NCBI GenBank assembly: GCA_045658505.1
Contig: JAZOUZ010000022.1
Span: forward strand, 1 to 24,307
Length of the DNA: 24,307 nt
Source: Candidatus Onthoplasma sp.
Lineage (GTDB): Bacteria > Bacillota > Clostridia > Christensenellales > UBA1242
Reading direction: 5' to 3'
The position numbers and the translations under genes were made by a program. How positions within the stretch are numbered: position 1 is the first letter of the stretch; each line of letters opens with the position of its first letter. The notes under the pieces were generated by a model, which was not told where the DNA came from, searched no databases, and saw nothing but the letters and a program-made list of their open reading frames with translations. Below, piece after piece: positions 16,013 to 23,698 of this stretch.

Positions 16013-17221
16013 ATGAAAATATTAAAGAAAATAAAAAATGGTTTGAAGATCACTTCTGCGGTTGCACTGATATCTGCTACATTGTTTGCTGGTGTGGCTG
16101 GTGCGACAAACCTTACATACGCAGATTATTTGACCGATGAAGAAAAAATTGTCTTAGCGGATAAGTTTGATGCAGATATTAGTTATATGTCTAAATTAAA
16201 TGGGCATTTCTCAGCTATGGAACATAACGGAGATGAACCTGTTTATGTTTATTTTGATGATACAATTATAGAGAAGGAAAAAGAATATGCTGTAAAGTCT
16301 TTGGAATATGTATTTGGTATTGCGAACGAGATAAATTCTAATTATAGGTATCAAATAGTAGATCGCGCTACATATGAATCAAAGGCTAACAAAACTAGGA
16401 TAAAATATTCGATCGAATGTGATGCAGATTTGAATAAAGTAAACGCTCATGTTCATAGTAGAACTAATATGATAACGCTATTGACCAATAAAAGACTAAC
16501 GAAAAATCATCATATTTGTATTAATAGAGAATCTATGGATAAAGTAGATAATAAATTTCGTGAGAGTGTATATATACATGAATTATTGCATGCTGTGGCG
16601 GGATTTTCAGATGTCTATACAGTAGGGGAAGATAAAAGTACTTCAAAATTTTATGGTAATACTTTCATGAATACTAGACATGATGGAAAAATTAGTAAAA
16701 TTCTACCTAATGATATAAAATGTATGGTGCTGTCATGTTCAGACGGAACTAAGTCAGATGAAGAATTACAAAGTATTATAGAAAAATATACTAATGATTT
16801 TTATGACACATATAGCGATGCGGTAATAGAGCAGACGGGATTCAATGGTAATATAGAAGAGGGATTAGAGTTTGAGGCTACTAGATCGGTAACAGATCTG
16901 GATCAAAAGAGTTATGGATATATTTATAATGTGAAGATGGAAAATGGTAGATATGATTTGACTATATTAGATAGAGATTCACATGAGATTTTGGATCAAA
17001 TATCTGGTAATGTGATTTATTCTAAAGGCATAGCGATTTTACGAGATGTGTCGCTAAAAGTAGGGCTTCGTCCATACGACAAAACTGATCGATATGATGA
17101 GGGATGGATAGGGGATTTGGTCATCGGAGAGAAAGACGGTAAAGCATCTTTGTATAACTTCTTAGAGAATGATTTTATGAATGGACAGATTTATGAATTA
17201 GAAAAAAATATAATGCAGTAG
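16013..17221 (+). CDS. Secreted or membrane-anchored hypothetical protein with a zincin HExxH motif (putative metalloprotease)
   Basis: Basic plus hydrophobic N-terminal signal (MKILKKIK...ALISATLFAGVAGA); YIHELLHAVAGFSDVY motif. Confidence 0.65.
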   Translation: MKILKKIKNGLKITSAVALISATLFAGVAGATNLTYADYLTDEEKIVLADKFDADISYMSKLNGHFSAMEHNGDEPVYVYFDDTIIEKEKEYAVKSLEYVFGIANEINSNYRYQIVDRATYESKANKTRIKYSIECDADLNKVNAHVHSRTNMITLLTNKRLTKNHHICINRESMDKVDNKFRESVYIHELLHAVAGFSDVYTVGEDKSTSKFYGNTFMNTRHDGKISKILPNDIKCMVLSCSDGTKSDEELQSIIEKYTNDFYDTYSDAVIEQTGFNGNIEEGLEFEATRSVTDLDQKSYGYIYNVKMENGRYDLTILDRDSHEILDQISGNVIYSKGIAILRDVSLKVGLRPYDKTDRYDEGWIGDLVIGEKDGKASLYNFLENDFMNGQIYELEKNIMQ

Positions 17222-17233
17222 GCATTATATTTT

Positions 17234-18145
17234 TTATAATGTACATATTAATTCTTCGATTTCTTTTAGGGTTGAGAATTCTAATATCTTTAACTTAGTT
17301 AGAGTTGCGTGGTTTGATGATTTGACATACCACATTAAGTGCTTTTTAAAATATGCTACAAGTGTTCGTTCGGTCTTGTAATATGTCTTTAATAATTCTA
17401 AATGTTTAATGATAGTTTCTTTCTTAGAATAAGGCGGAGTGATCCCCTTTAGTGTACTAAATATTTCAGGATTGCCCATTGCTGATCGACCGATCATGAC
17501 GCCAGCACAACCGATAGATTTGGCATATTCCATGTCTTCGATTGTTCTGATATCTCCGCTCCAAAATACGGGAATATCTACTGAATCTATGAGTTTTTTG
17601 TATGCGGATTTATCTACTTCTCCAGCATAGCCTTGTTCACGAGTGCGAGCATGAAGAGTTAAAAATGATACACCGCAGTCCTCACACATTTTAGCAAACT
17701 CGATATAGTTTTCTACACCATCAATACCGAGTCTGAATTTGATGGATACGGGTTTGTTAGCATATTTTACTAGAGTAGAGATTACTTTTCTAGTAGATTC
17801 TAGATCTCTCATCATAGCAGACCCATCGTGATTTTTGACGATTTTAGGCGCGGGACAACCGCAGTTGAAATCAATTATGTCAAAATTATCAAATAATTTG
17901 CTAGCGAATGCTTCTTCTATTACTTCTGGTTCGTGACCAAATAATTGGCAACATTTTAGTGAACCAGCTTCTTCTCTAAGCATTTTTTCGGTACGAAAAC
18001 TTTTATTTGCCAACGCTTTTAGACTAATCATTTCGGTGACAACCATATCTGCTCCATGATCGGCACAGATTTTTCTAAATGCAAAATCAGTAACACCTGC
18101 CATAGGTGCTAAAGCAATTATGAATTTATCAAATTTTATTTTCAT
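17234..18145 (-). CDS. dusB: tRNA-dihydrouridine synthase, DusB-like
   Basis: LAPMAGVTD, QLFG, DFNCGCP..KIV...GSAMM, SIKFRLG, LHART, SGDI, GVMIGR. Confidence 0.93.
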   Translation of the reverse strand: MKIKFDKFIIALAPMAGVTDFAFRKICADHGADMVVTEMISLKALANKSFRTEKMLREEAGSLKCCQLFGHEPEVIEEAFASKLFDNFDIIDFNCGCPAPKIVKNHDGSAMMRDLESTRKVISTLVKYANKPVSIKFRLGIDGVENYIEFAKMCEDCGVSFLTLHARTREQGYAGEVDKSAYKKLIDSVDIPVFWSGDIRTIEDMEYAKSIGCAGVMIGRSAMGNPEIFSTLKGITPPYSKKETIIKHLELLKTYYKTERTLVAYFKKHLMWYVKSSNHATLTKLKILEFSTLKEIEELICTL

Positions 18146-18151
18146 ACTAAG

Positions 18152-18179
18152 AGTATATTCAAAAATATCATTTTTTCAA
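18152..18179 (-). promoter_or_regulatory. sigma-A promoter of dusB (leaderless geometry)
   Basis: Minus strand TTGAAA, 16 nt, TATACT; ATG begins 7 nt after the -10; no SD. Confidence 0.6.
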
Positions 18180-18212
18180 AATAATTTTATGTATTTTACA
18201 GAAAATAATCTT

Positions 18213-19706
18213 ATGAAAAAAAGTGGTTTGATTAGCGGTGCTTTGATATTATCAGTAGGTACAGTCTTAGCAAAAGTCTTTAGTGCAATTTATCGAATAG
18301 TGTTGACCAGAATATTGGGTGGTGTAGGTATTGGCCTGTATCAATTAATTTTTCCACTATATTCACTGTGTGTAGTGATTGTTACTGCAGGATTACCGCT
18401 GGCTGTATCAAAGTTGGTGGCTAGATATCCAAATAATGCTCAAAAAATCGTTAAGAAAACAATATTTGTTATGACATTAGTAGCGTTGTTGATTACTATC
18501 ATCATGCTATTTGTCGGTAGAGTGAGCGTGTCAAGGGAAATATATAATTGTTATTTTATATTAGCACCGACGCTTGTGGTGATCGCAAGTTCTTCGATTC
18601 TAAAAGGATATTTTCAAGGAATTAATCATTTTACACCTAGTGCAATTTCTAATATTATCGAACAATTCATAAAAATGGTGATAGGACTCGTGTTGGCGGT
18701 TTCGTTTATTGGCATTAGTTTATCTGCGTCGATAATTGGTGCGATGCTTGGTATCATGATTAGTGAGATCGTATCATTGATAGTATTGATAATTTATTAT
18801 AGAAAAGTGAAACTTAAAGACAAAGATAAAATCGATCTAACGTATAGTGAGATACTTCGAGATATTCTTCCTATCACCGTTACTAATATAATTTTACCAC
18901 TTGCCTCATTTATCGATAGTATTGTTGTTGTGAAATTACTTAATAATAATTTTACAGATAATGTATCCATATTTTTATATGGATTAGAAAGTGGGGCTGT
19001 AAGTAGTTTGGTATCCATTCCTACGATATTTTCTTTCGCTCTTGCGAGTGTGCTGTTGCCTAATATTGCTAAGAATAGTAACACATGGAACAAAAACTAT
19101 AATTTATCTCTGTCTGTGAAGATTATTCTAACGATAGTTGTTCCTTGTGTAATATGTTTTGTCTTTATTCCAGATAGATTGATAGGGGTATTGTATGGCG
19201 ATAGATTGTCTGATCTGGGAATAGATGGTACTAAGATAGCGAGTGCATTATTGTCCTTATCTGGAATTGGTATGGTGGCACTATCAATTAATCAAATATA
19301 TTCAGTGTCGCTTCAGGGAGTCAATGAGAGAATTGTTACGATTAGGAATATGATTATTGCAGTTGTCATTAAATACATTATAGAATTAATTTTCTTACCT
19401 ACTATAATGCTTAATATATATTCACTTGCCATAGCGAATACTGTGTGTTACATTGTGGTATTAGCACTGAATCATGCAGAAATAATGAAAGTTTTTCATT
19501 TAAAAATCAATTACACATTTGGTGCAAAGTTATTGCTCGCTAATTCTTTAATGGTATTGGCGATGATCGGTATACTTGCTTTTGGTAATTCAATTTCTAA
19601 TACATTGTTGGCGGGAGTGGTCGGTGTTATAGTGTATTTAGGAAGTTTGATTTTGTTGAAAGTTTTTAATCGAAACGACTATGCGATGCTGAAATATAGC
19701 AAATAA
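18213..19706 (+). CDS. MOP-superfamily flippase (SpoVB/MurJ-like polysaccharide biosynthesis protein)
   Basis: GALILSVG...KVFSAIYRIVLTRILG..GIGLYQ..FP.Y...AGLP.AVSK; KGYFQG.....SAIS.IIEQ; about 14 TM. Start at MKKSG (18213) avoids overlap with dusB. Confidence 0.88.
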   Translation: MKKSGLISGALILSVGTVLAKVFSAIYRIVLTRILGGVGIGLYQLIFPLYSLCVVIVTAGLPLAVSKLVARYPNNAQKIVKKTIFVMTLVALLITIIMLFVGRVSVSREIYNCYFILAPTLVVIASSSILKGYFQGINHFTPSAISNIIEQFIKMVIGLVLAVSFIGISLSASIIGAMLGIMISEIVSLIVLIIYYRKVKLKDKDKIDLTYSEILRDILPITVTNIILPLASFIDSIVVVKLLNNNFTDNVSIFLYGLESGAVSSLVSIPTIFSFALASVLLPNIAKNSNTWNKNYNLSLSVKIILTIVVPCVICFVFIPDRLIGVLYGDRLSDLGIDGTKIASALLSLSGIGMVALSINQIYSVSLQGVNERIVTIRNMIIAVVIKYIIELIFLPTIMLNIYSLAIANTVCYIVVLALNHAEIMKVFHLKINYTFGAKLLLANSLMVLAMIGILAFGNSISNTLLAGVVGVIVYLGSLILLKVFNRNDYAMLKYSK

Positions 19707-19722
19707 TTTCTTAAGATGAGAT

Positions 19723-19761
19723 AAATAAAAACTCAATCCAACATGGGTTGAGTTTTTATTT
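19723..19761. terminator. Bidirectional terminator between the flippase and tadA
   Basis: AAATAAAAACTCAATCCA-ACA-TGGGTTGAGTTTTTATTT (one G-U pair). Confidence 0.85.
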
Positions 19762-20214
19762 CTTTTTCCTTCTTAAGCGAAAGAAATCTTTAATTAATTT
19801 TTTATTTTCTTCTTCGTATTCGGTATCTTGAATACTTTTAGTAGTATGATTTAGAGTATTGGTCATGAGATCAAATCGAGAGATGCCGCCATTGGCTTCG
19901 TCGCGTACAGCATAATATAGATTTTTAATTCTAGCATTAAGTATCGCACCGGCGCACATTGGACATGGTTCTAATGTGACAAATATATCGCAGTCGTCCA
20001 ATCTCCAAGATTTTAGTTTTTTACAGGCCTTTTCGATTGCTAAAATCTCTGCATGGTGAGTAGCGATATTGGATTTTTCACGTTTATTATAGGCTTTTGA
20101 TATTATTTTACCATTTCGTACGATTACCGCTCCTACGGGAATCTCTTCTTTCGAGCAGGCTAAGTAGCCTAATTCTGTGGCTTTTTGCATTGGATTTATT
20201 ATTCTTGTTTTCAT
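19756..20214 (-). CDS. tadA: tRNA adenosine(34) deaminase
   Basis: EIPVGAVIV, N.RE......HAEILAI, WRL....FVTLEPCPMCAGAI. Confidence 0.95.
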   Translation of the reverse strand: MKTRIINPMQKATELGYLACSKEEIPVGAVIVRNGKIISKAYNKREKSNIATHHAEILAIEKACKKLKSWRLDDCDIFVTLEPCPMCAGAILNARIKNLYYAVRDEANGGISRFDLMTNTLNHTTKSIQDTEYEEENKKLIKDFFRLRRKKK

Positions 20215-21109
20215 TAGATATATTTTGCACTATTGTTGATCTAAAGTCAATAGAATTAGCAAATTCTATTGCTTTATTTAGAGCTAATATAGGTACGTCT
20301 TTATTTCTCATATATATTTCAGGCAAGACGTCTTCTGTGAGAGGATGAGGTATTGAGTCGTCTCCAATTTCTATAGTATATGCAGGAATGGTGAGTGAAT
20401 TGATGCACCAATCTTTGTATCCTCCGGTAGAGTTTTCAGTAAATATTAATGGATAGCCAGTAACTTCACTTAGAGATTCTCCGATATTTTGATCACGCAA
20501 TATGATTTCTTCAGATTGATTCTCAAAACCATAATATATTACATTACCTTTGCTGTGATAGGATATGGTTAGTAAAGGACGAGTTTGTAGAGTGAAGGCT
20601 ATTAGATCTCGCACTTCGCGTTCGCTCTCAGGGTAGAAACCAATAAAATCTTCCGTCGCTGGACAGCGCACATTTTGACTGCCACCGCCCCAATCTGCAT
20701 CAAAATTAGTATTAAGATCGACTAGATTGATATTTGCTTTGAATAGATCAAAATTAGTACTGCCATTATTAGCACTTATTAAGTAATCTCTAGTAATAGG
20801 GCATTCGACAGAATCTATTCCATCTAATACTAACTCTGCGCCGTCTGGGTTGGTGAGAAATATAAAATAAATACCACCTTCTTTAATAGCATCTGTTAGA
20901 TAAAGATTTCGTGCTTGCTCGATCATTAAAAGAGTGGAGATATATTCTCTAGCATGAATACCGCCTTGTATTAAAATCTGAACACCGTCATAACTGCCTA
21001 CATGGGTGGCTAAAATATTTTTACCTAATGTAGATTTGCCAATATTAAATATGTCTAATCCTTCTTCTTGTAATTGCAATATTTTATTAACTAATTCTTG
21101 ATATGTCAT
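20108..21109 (-). CDS. M14-family zinc peptidase, gamma-D-glutamyl-meso-diaminopimelate peptidase (endopeptidase I)-like, without LysM domains
   Basis: QGGIHAREY, NPDG, KAN...VDLNTNF, SE.E, ISYHSKG, GGYKDWC, YTIEIG; the C-terminal tail overlaps tadA by 107 bp. Confidence 0.88.
   Translation of the reverse strand: MTYQELVNKILQLQEEGLDIFNIGKSTLGKNILATHVGSYDGVQILIQGGIHAREYISTLLMIEQARNLYLTDAIKEGGIYFIFLTNPDGAELVLDGIDSVECPITRDYLISANNGSTNFDLFKANINLVDLNTNFDADWGGGSQNVRCPATEDFIGFYPESEREVRDLIAFTLQTRPLLTISYHSKGNVIYYGFENQSEEIILRDQNIGESLSEVTGYPLIFTENSTGGYKDWCINSLTIPAYTIEIGDDSIPHPLTEDVLPEIYMRNKDVPILALNKAIEFANSIDFRSTIVQNISNENKNNKSNAKSHRIRLLSLLERRDSRRSGNRTKW
20222..20250 (-). promoter_or_regulatory. Possible internal sigma-A promoter for tadA (leaderless geometry)
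   Basis: Minus strand TTGACT, 17 nt, CAAAAT (imperfect -10); ATG follows 7 nt later; no SD. Confidence 0.4.
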
Positions 21110-21131
21110 AAAAAATCACCTCTAAAGGTGA

Positions 21132-21194
21132 TATACGCAAATATTGAGATATTTGTGAATGGACTTATACGCAAATATTGAGATATTTGTGAAT
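21132..21194. repeat. Tandem duplication of a 29-bp palindromic unit (period 34)
   Basis: TATACGCAAATATTGAGATATTTGTGAAT at 21132-21160 and 21166-21194, separated by GGACT; each unit contains CAAATAT-TGAG-ATATTTG. Confidence 0.95.
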
Positions 21195-21664
21195 TATTTA
21201 TGATAAGAAATATTATTTAGAATAGTAAAAGATCTGTATAATTGTTCTAAGAATATTACTCTCATTAATTGATGAGGAAAGGTCATTTTTGAAAAAGAAA
21301 TTCTTTCATTGCAAGACATTTTTAATTCATATTCTAATCCATTAGATGCTCCAATGATGAAAGATATTTCACTAGTTGTTAATGTGAGAGTATTGATTTT
21401 GCTAGCGAGTTCTTCACTTGATAGCATTTTGCCATTAATATCAAGGCATATAGTATGTCCTTTGATATGTTTTTTTATCTCCAAAGCATCTTTTTTTAGT
21501 GCCGAAATAATATCTGCGTCATTGTTTGATCTAGGTATATTTTCTTTGATTTCTACAATATTCAGATCACAGAATCTACTGAGCCTTTTTTTGTATTCAA
21601 GAATAGCATCTCTTAGGTATTGCTCTTTTATATCTCCGATAGTTATTAGATTGATTTTTATCAT
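21194..21664 (-). CDS. rlmH: 23S rRNA (pseudouridine1915-N3)-methyltransferase
   Basis: I.LITIG.IKE.YL..AI.EY.KRL, LD..GK.LSSEELA, FIIG.S.G, SFSKMTFPHQLMR...LEQLYR......YHK; GGGGG SD before ATG 21664. Confidence 0.96.
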   Translation of the reverse strand: MIKINLITIGDIKEQYLRDAILEYKKRLSRFCDLNIVEIKENIPRSNNDADIISALKKDALEIKKHIKGHTICLDINGKMLSSEELASKINTLTLTTSEISFIIGASNGLEYELKMSCNERISFSKMTFPHQLMRVIFLEQLYRSFTILNNISYHK

Positions 21665-22716
21665 TAGATTATCCCCCATATAAAACTTGATATAGTAATT
21701 AATGCTCCTAATATTATACTAGCGATGAGTGGTAATTTGTCTATCAGATTAGAGTTTTTTGTTTGACCTACACCGATAGAAGATTTTATTTTTTCACTTT
21801 TTGATAAAATGTAGTTTATTTCAGTTAGTTTTGTCTGAGCCTCTAAAAAGGGTGTGTTTTGTAGCCCTAGATCATTTAGTGTATTGTACATACTAGTTTT
21901 GACTCGCTCAATGGTGAGTTTTTTGGTAAGATATACATAAGCATAAAGTGAAAACATTATAATTAGTGATGTTAGTAAAATATATAACAATACATTACTT
22001 AGAAGAAATTCTTCTATGATATTTACAAACTTGGCTAAAGGGAAGTTTAGATATTTGCCATAAAAGAAATAAGTGCTCAAGAAATTATTCATGAAGTGAA
22101 TGATCATACATGGTATAATACTATCTGATATTAACGCCACATATCCTATTAGTATGCCTAATATTGAGGCATAGAAGAATTGATTAATATTTAAATGAAT
22201 TAGTCCAAACAAGATAGAAGATGTCAATAGTGCGACTCTAGGATTGTGATATTTTCTACTGGTCATTAGCATTATGCCACGATGTAAAACTTCTTCACAT
22301 ATTCCAGGTAGTATTGCCGATAGTGCGAATTCTTTTAGAAGGGTAGTGTAGTTTAATTTGATAGTAGTACCGGATGATAAATTCTCATAACCAAATATTG
22401 AAATAATAATGTGAAATAAATCTGCGATAAAGGTATTTAATATATATAATACTACGCCCAATGCTACCGCAATTAAGATTGTTTTGAAACTAATTTTTTT
22501 TAGTCCAACATCTTGACAAGTTTTCTTGAAAGATTTACTAACTAATAAAGTATACAACAATAAGGGAATAGCCAACATTACTACGATTTGGATTAAGAAT
22601 GATGACAAAAATTCGTTTTTAATAAGGCCGAAATATCCCAACACGAAAACTAAAGCTATGAGTGTCATAGCTATAAAATATATTAAATTTATTTTAAAAT
22701 AGTTTTTATTTTTCAT
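21664..22716 (-). CDS. CPBP (CAAX/Abi) family intramembrane glutamic endopeptidase
   Basis: PGICEEVLHRG, LFGLIH, IHFMNN motifs; multiple TM; stop overlaps the rlmH start (TAATG). Confidence 0.9.
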   Translation of the reverse strand: MKNKNYFKINLIYFIAMTLIALVFVLGYFGLIKNEFLSSFLIQIVVMLAIPLLLYTLLVSKSFKKTCQDVGLKKISFKTILIAVALGVVLYILNTFIADLFHIIISIFGYENLSSGTTIKLNYTTLLKEFALSAILPGICEEVLHRGIMLMTSRKYHNPRVALLTSSILFGLIHLNINQFFYASILGILIGYVALISDSIIPCMIIHFMNNFLSTYFFYGKYLNFPLAKFVNIIEEFLLSNVLLYILLTSLIIMFSLYAYVYLTKKLTIERVKTSMYNTLNDLGLQNTPFLEAQTKLTEINYILSKSEKIKSSIGVGQTKNSNLIDKLPLIASIILGALITISSFIWGII

Positions 22717-23618
22717 AGTAGTATATTTGCGATATTATATGCGATCCAGATGATAATCATGAATACAAGTGATGCGGTTAAATAAAGTGTTTCTTTTTGT
22801 GAGAGTTTTACTTGTTTAGAAGATTTGTTTCCTTTAATAGTAAAATATATCACAATAGACAAGAATAAAACTGCAAGAATGATAGCGAGCATGATATATG
22901 TCCAATGATCAAATACCAAGCTAATATTAAAAAATGATAATGTTAGTGACAAGAAATTGTTTACAGCATGCATTAGTATTGGATAGAATATATTGTCTTC
23001 TTTATACATTACTAATGTGAGCAATATACCAATGAAGAAAGGGTATACTGTCTGACTAATTGACATATGGAATACGCTAAACATTAGTGCTGTAATTAGT
23101 ATTGAGAAAATTCTGCCATGTTTTTTTAGCCCCTTGAAGATAATTCCTCTAAACAATAATTCTTCCATAATTGCGGGAAGTATTACTAGCGATATTATTG
23201 ATACTAAATAATTTATCAGGTCTGTAAAATCATATGGCGCATCTGGAAGAGTGATTCCTATATTAATAAAACCCAAATTGATAAGGTAAATAATAGGATA
23301 CAATGACAAGAAAGATAGTACAGCAATTAGAGCGTATATCAATGATTTTTTTACAGTTGGTTTGTGGAATATTTGGTTATTTTTACCTTTGTTAAAGAAG
23401 AAAAATATACCAAGCATTGTACCGTCTAGAGCAAGTGTACTTATAAGGTATCCCCATGCTCCACTCATGAAAGATTCAGATTGTTCTATCGGTAGGCCTA
23501 ATATGCTTATAAAAAACAAAAGCAGTGTGGTTACCAAAAGTACAGCTAACTGACAAAAAATAAATCCTATTACAAAAGATAGTGCACTATCTTTTACACT
23601 TAGTTTAAAATCTTTCAT
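22713..23618 (-). CDS. CPBP (CAAX/Abi) family intramembrane glutamic endopeptidase
   Basis: PAIMEELLFRG, MFSVFH, MHAVNN motifs; 4-bp ATGA overlap with the next CPBP gene. Confidence 0.9.
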   Translation of the reverse strand: MKDFKLSVKDSALSFVIGFIFCQLAVLLVTTLLLFFISILGLPIEQSESFMSGAWGYLISTLALDGTMLGIFFFFNKGKNNQIFHKPTVKKSLIYALIAVLSFLSLYPIIYLINLGFINIGITLPDAPYDFTDLINYLVSIISLVILPAIMEELLFRGIIFKGLKKHGRIFSILITALMFSVFHMSISQTVYPFFIGILLTLVMYKEDNIFYPILMHAVNNFLSLTLSFFNISLVFDHWTYIMLAIILAVLFLSIVIYFTIKGNKSSKQVKLSQKETLYLTASLVFMIIIWIAYNIANILL

Positions 23619-23625
23619 ACTTAGT

Positions 23626-23653
23626 ATTATACTAAAATAATTAATTTTAGCAA
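23626..23653 (-). promoter_or_regulatory. sigma-A promoter of the CPBP-CPBP-rlmH operon (leaderless geometry)
   Basis: Minus strand TTGCTA, 16 nt, TATAAT; 7 nt to the ATG; no SD. Confidence 0.65.
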
Positions 23654-23698
23654 TAGTTTTTTTAGCAAGTGTTTGAAAATTTTAGCATAAGTATATGT

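Noticed and set aside
20690-20730. M14 motif reads DLNTNF rather than DLNRNF (possible inactive enzyme)
   Set aside because: The zinc ligands (HxxE, H) and the catalytic Glu region are intact, and as I recall clostridial members of this subfamily often vary at this position.
21132-21194. Possible CRISPR mini-array (palindromic 29-bp repeats)
   Set aside because: Only two repeats, a 5-nt spacer and no cas genes.
21194-21212. SCCmec-like att sequence at the rlmH 3' end (TATCATAAATAA)
   Set aside because: It simply encodes the conserved YHK-stop. There is no second copy or recombinase in the window.
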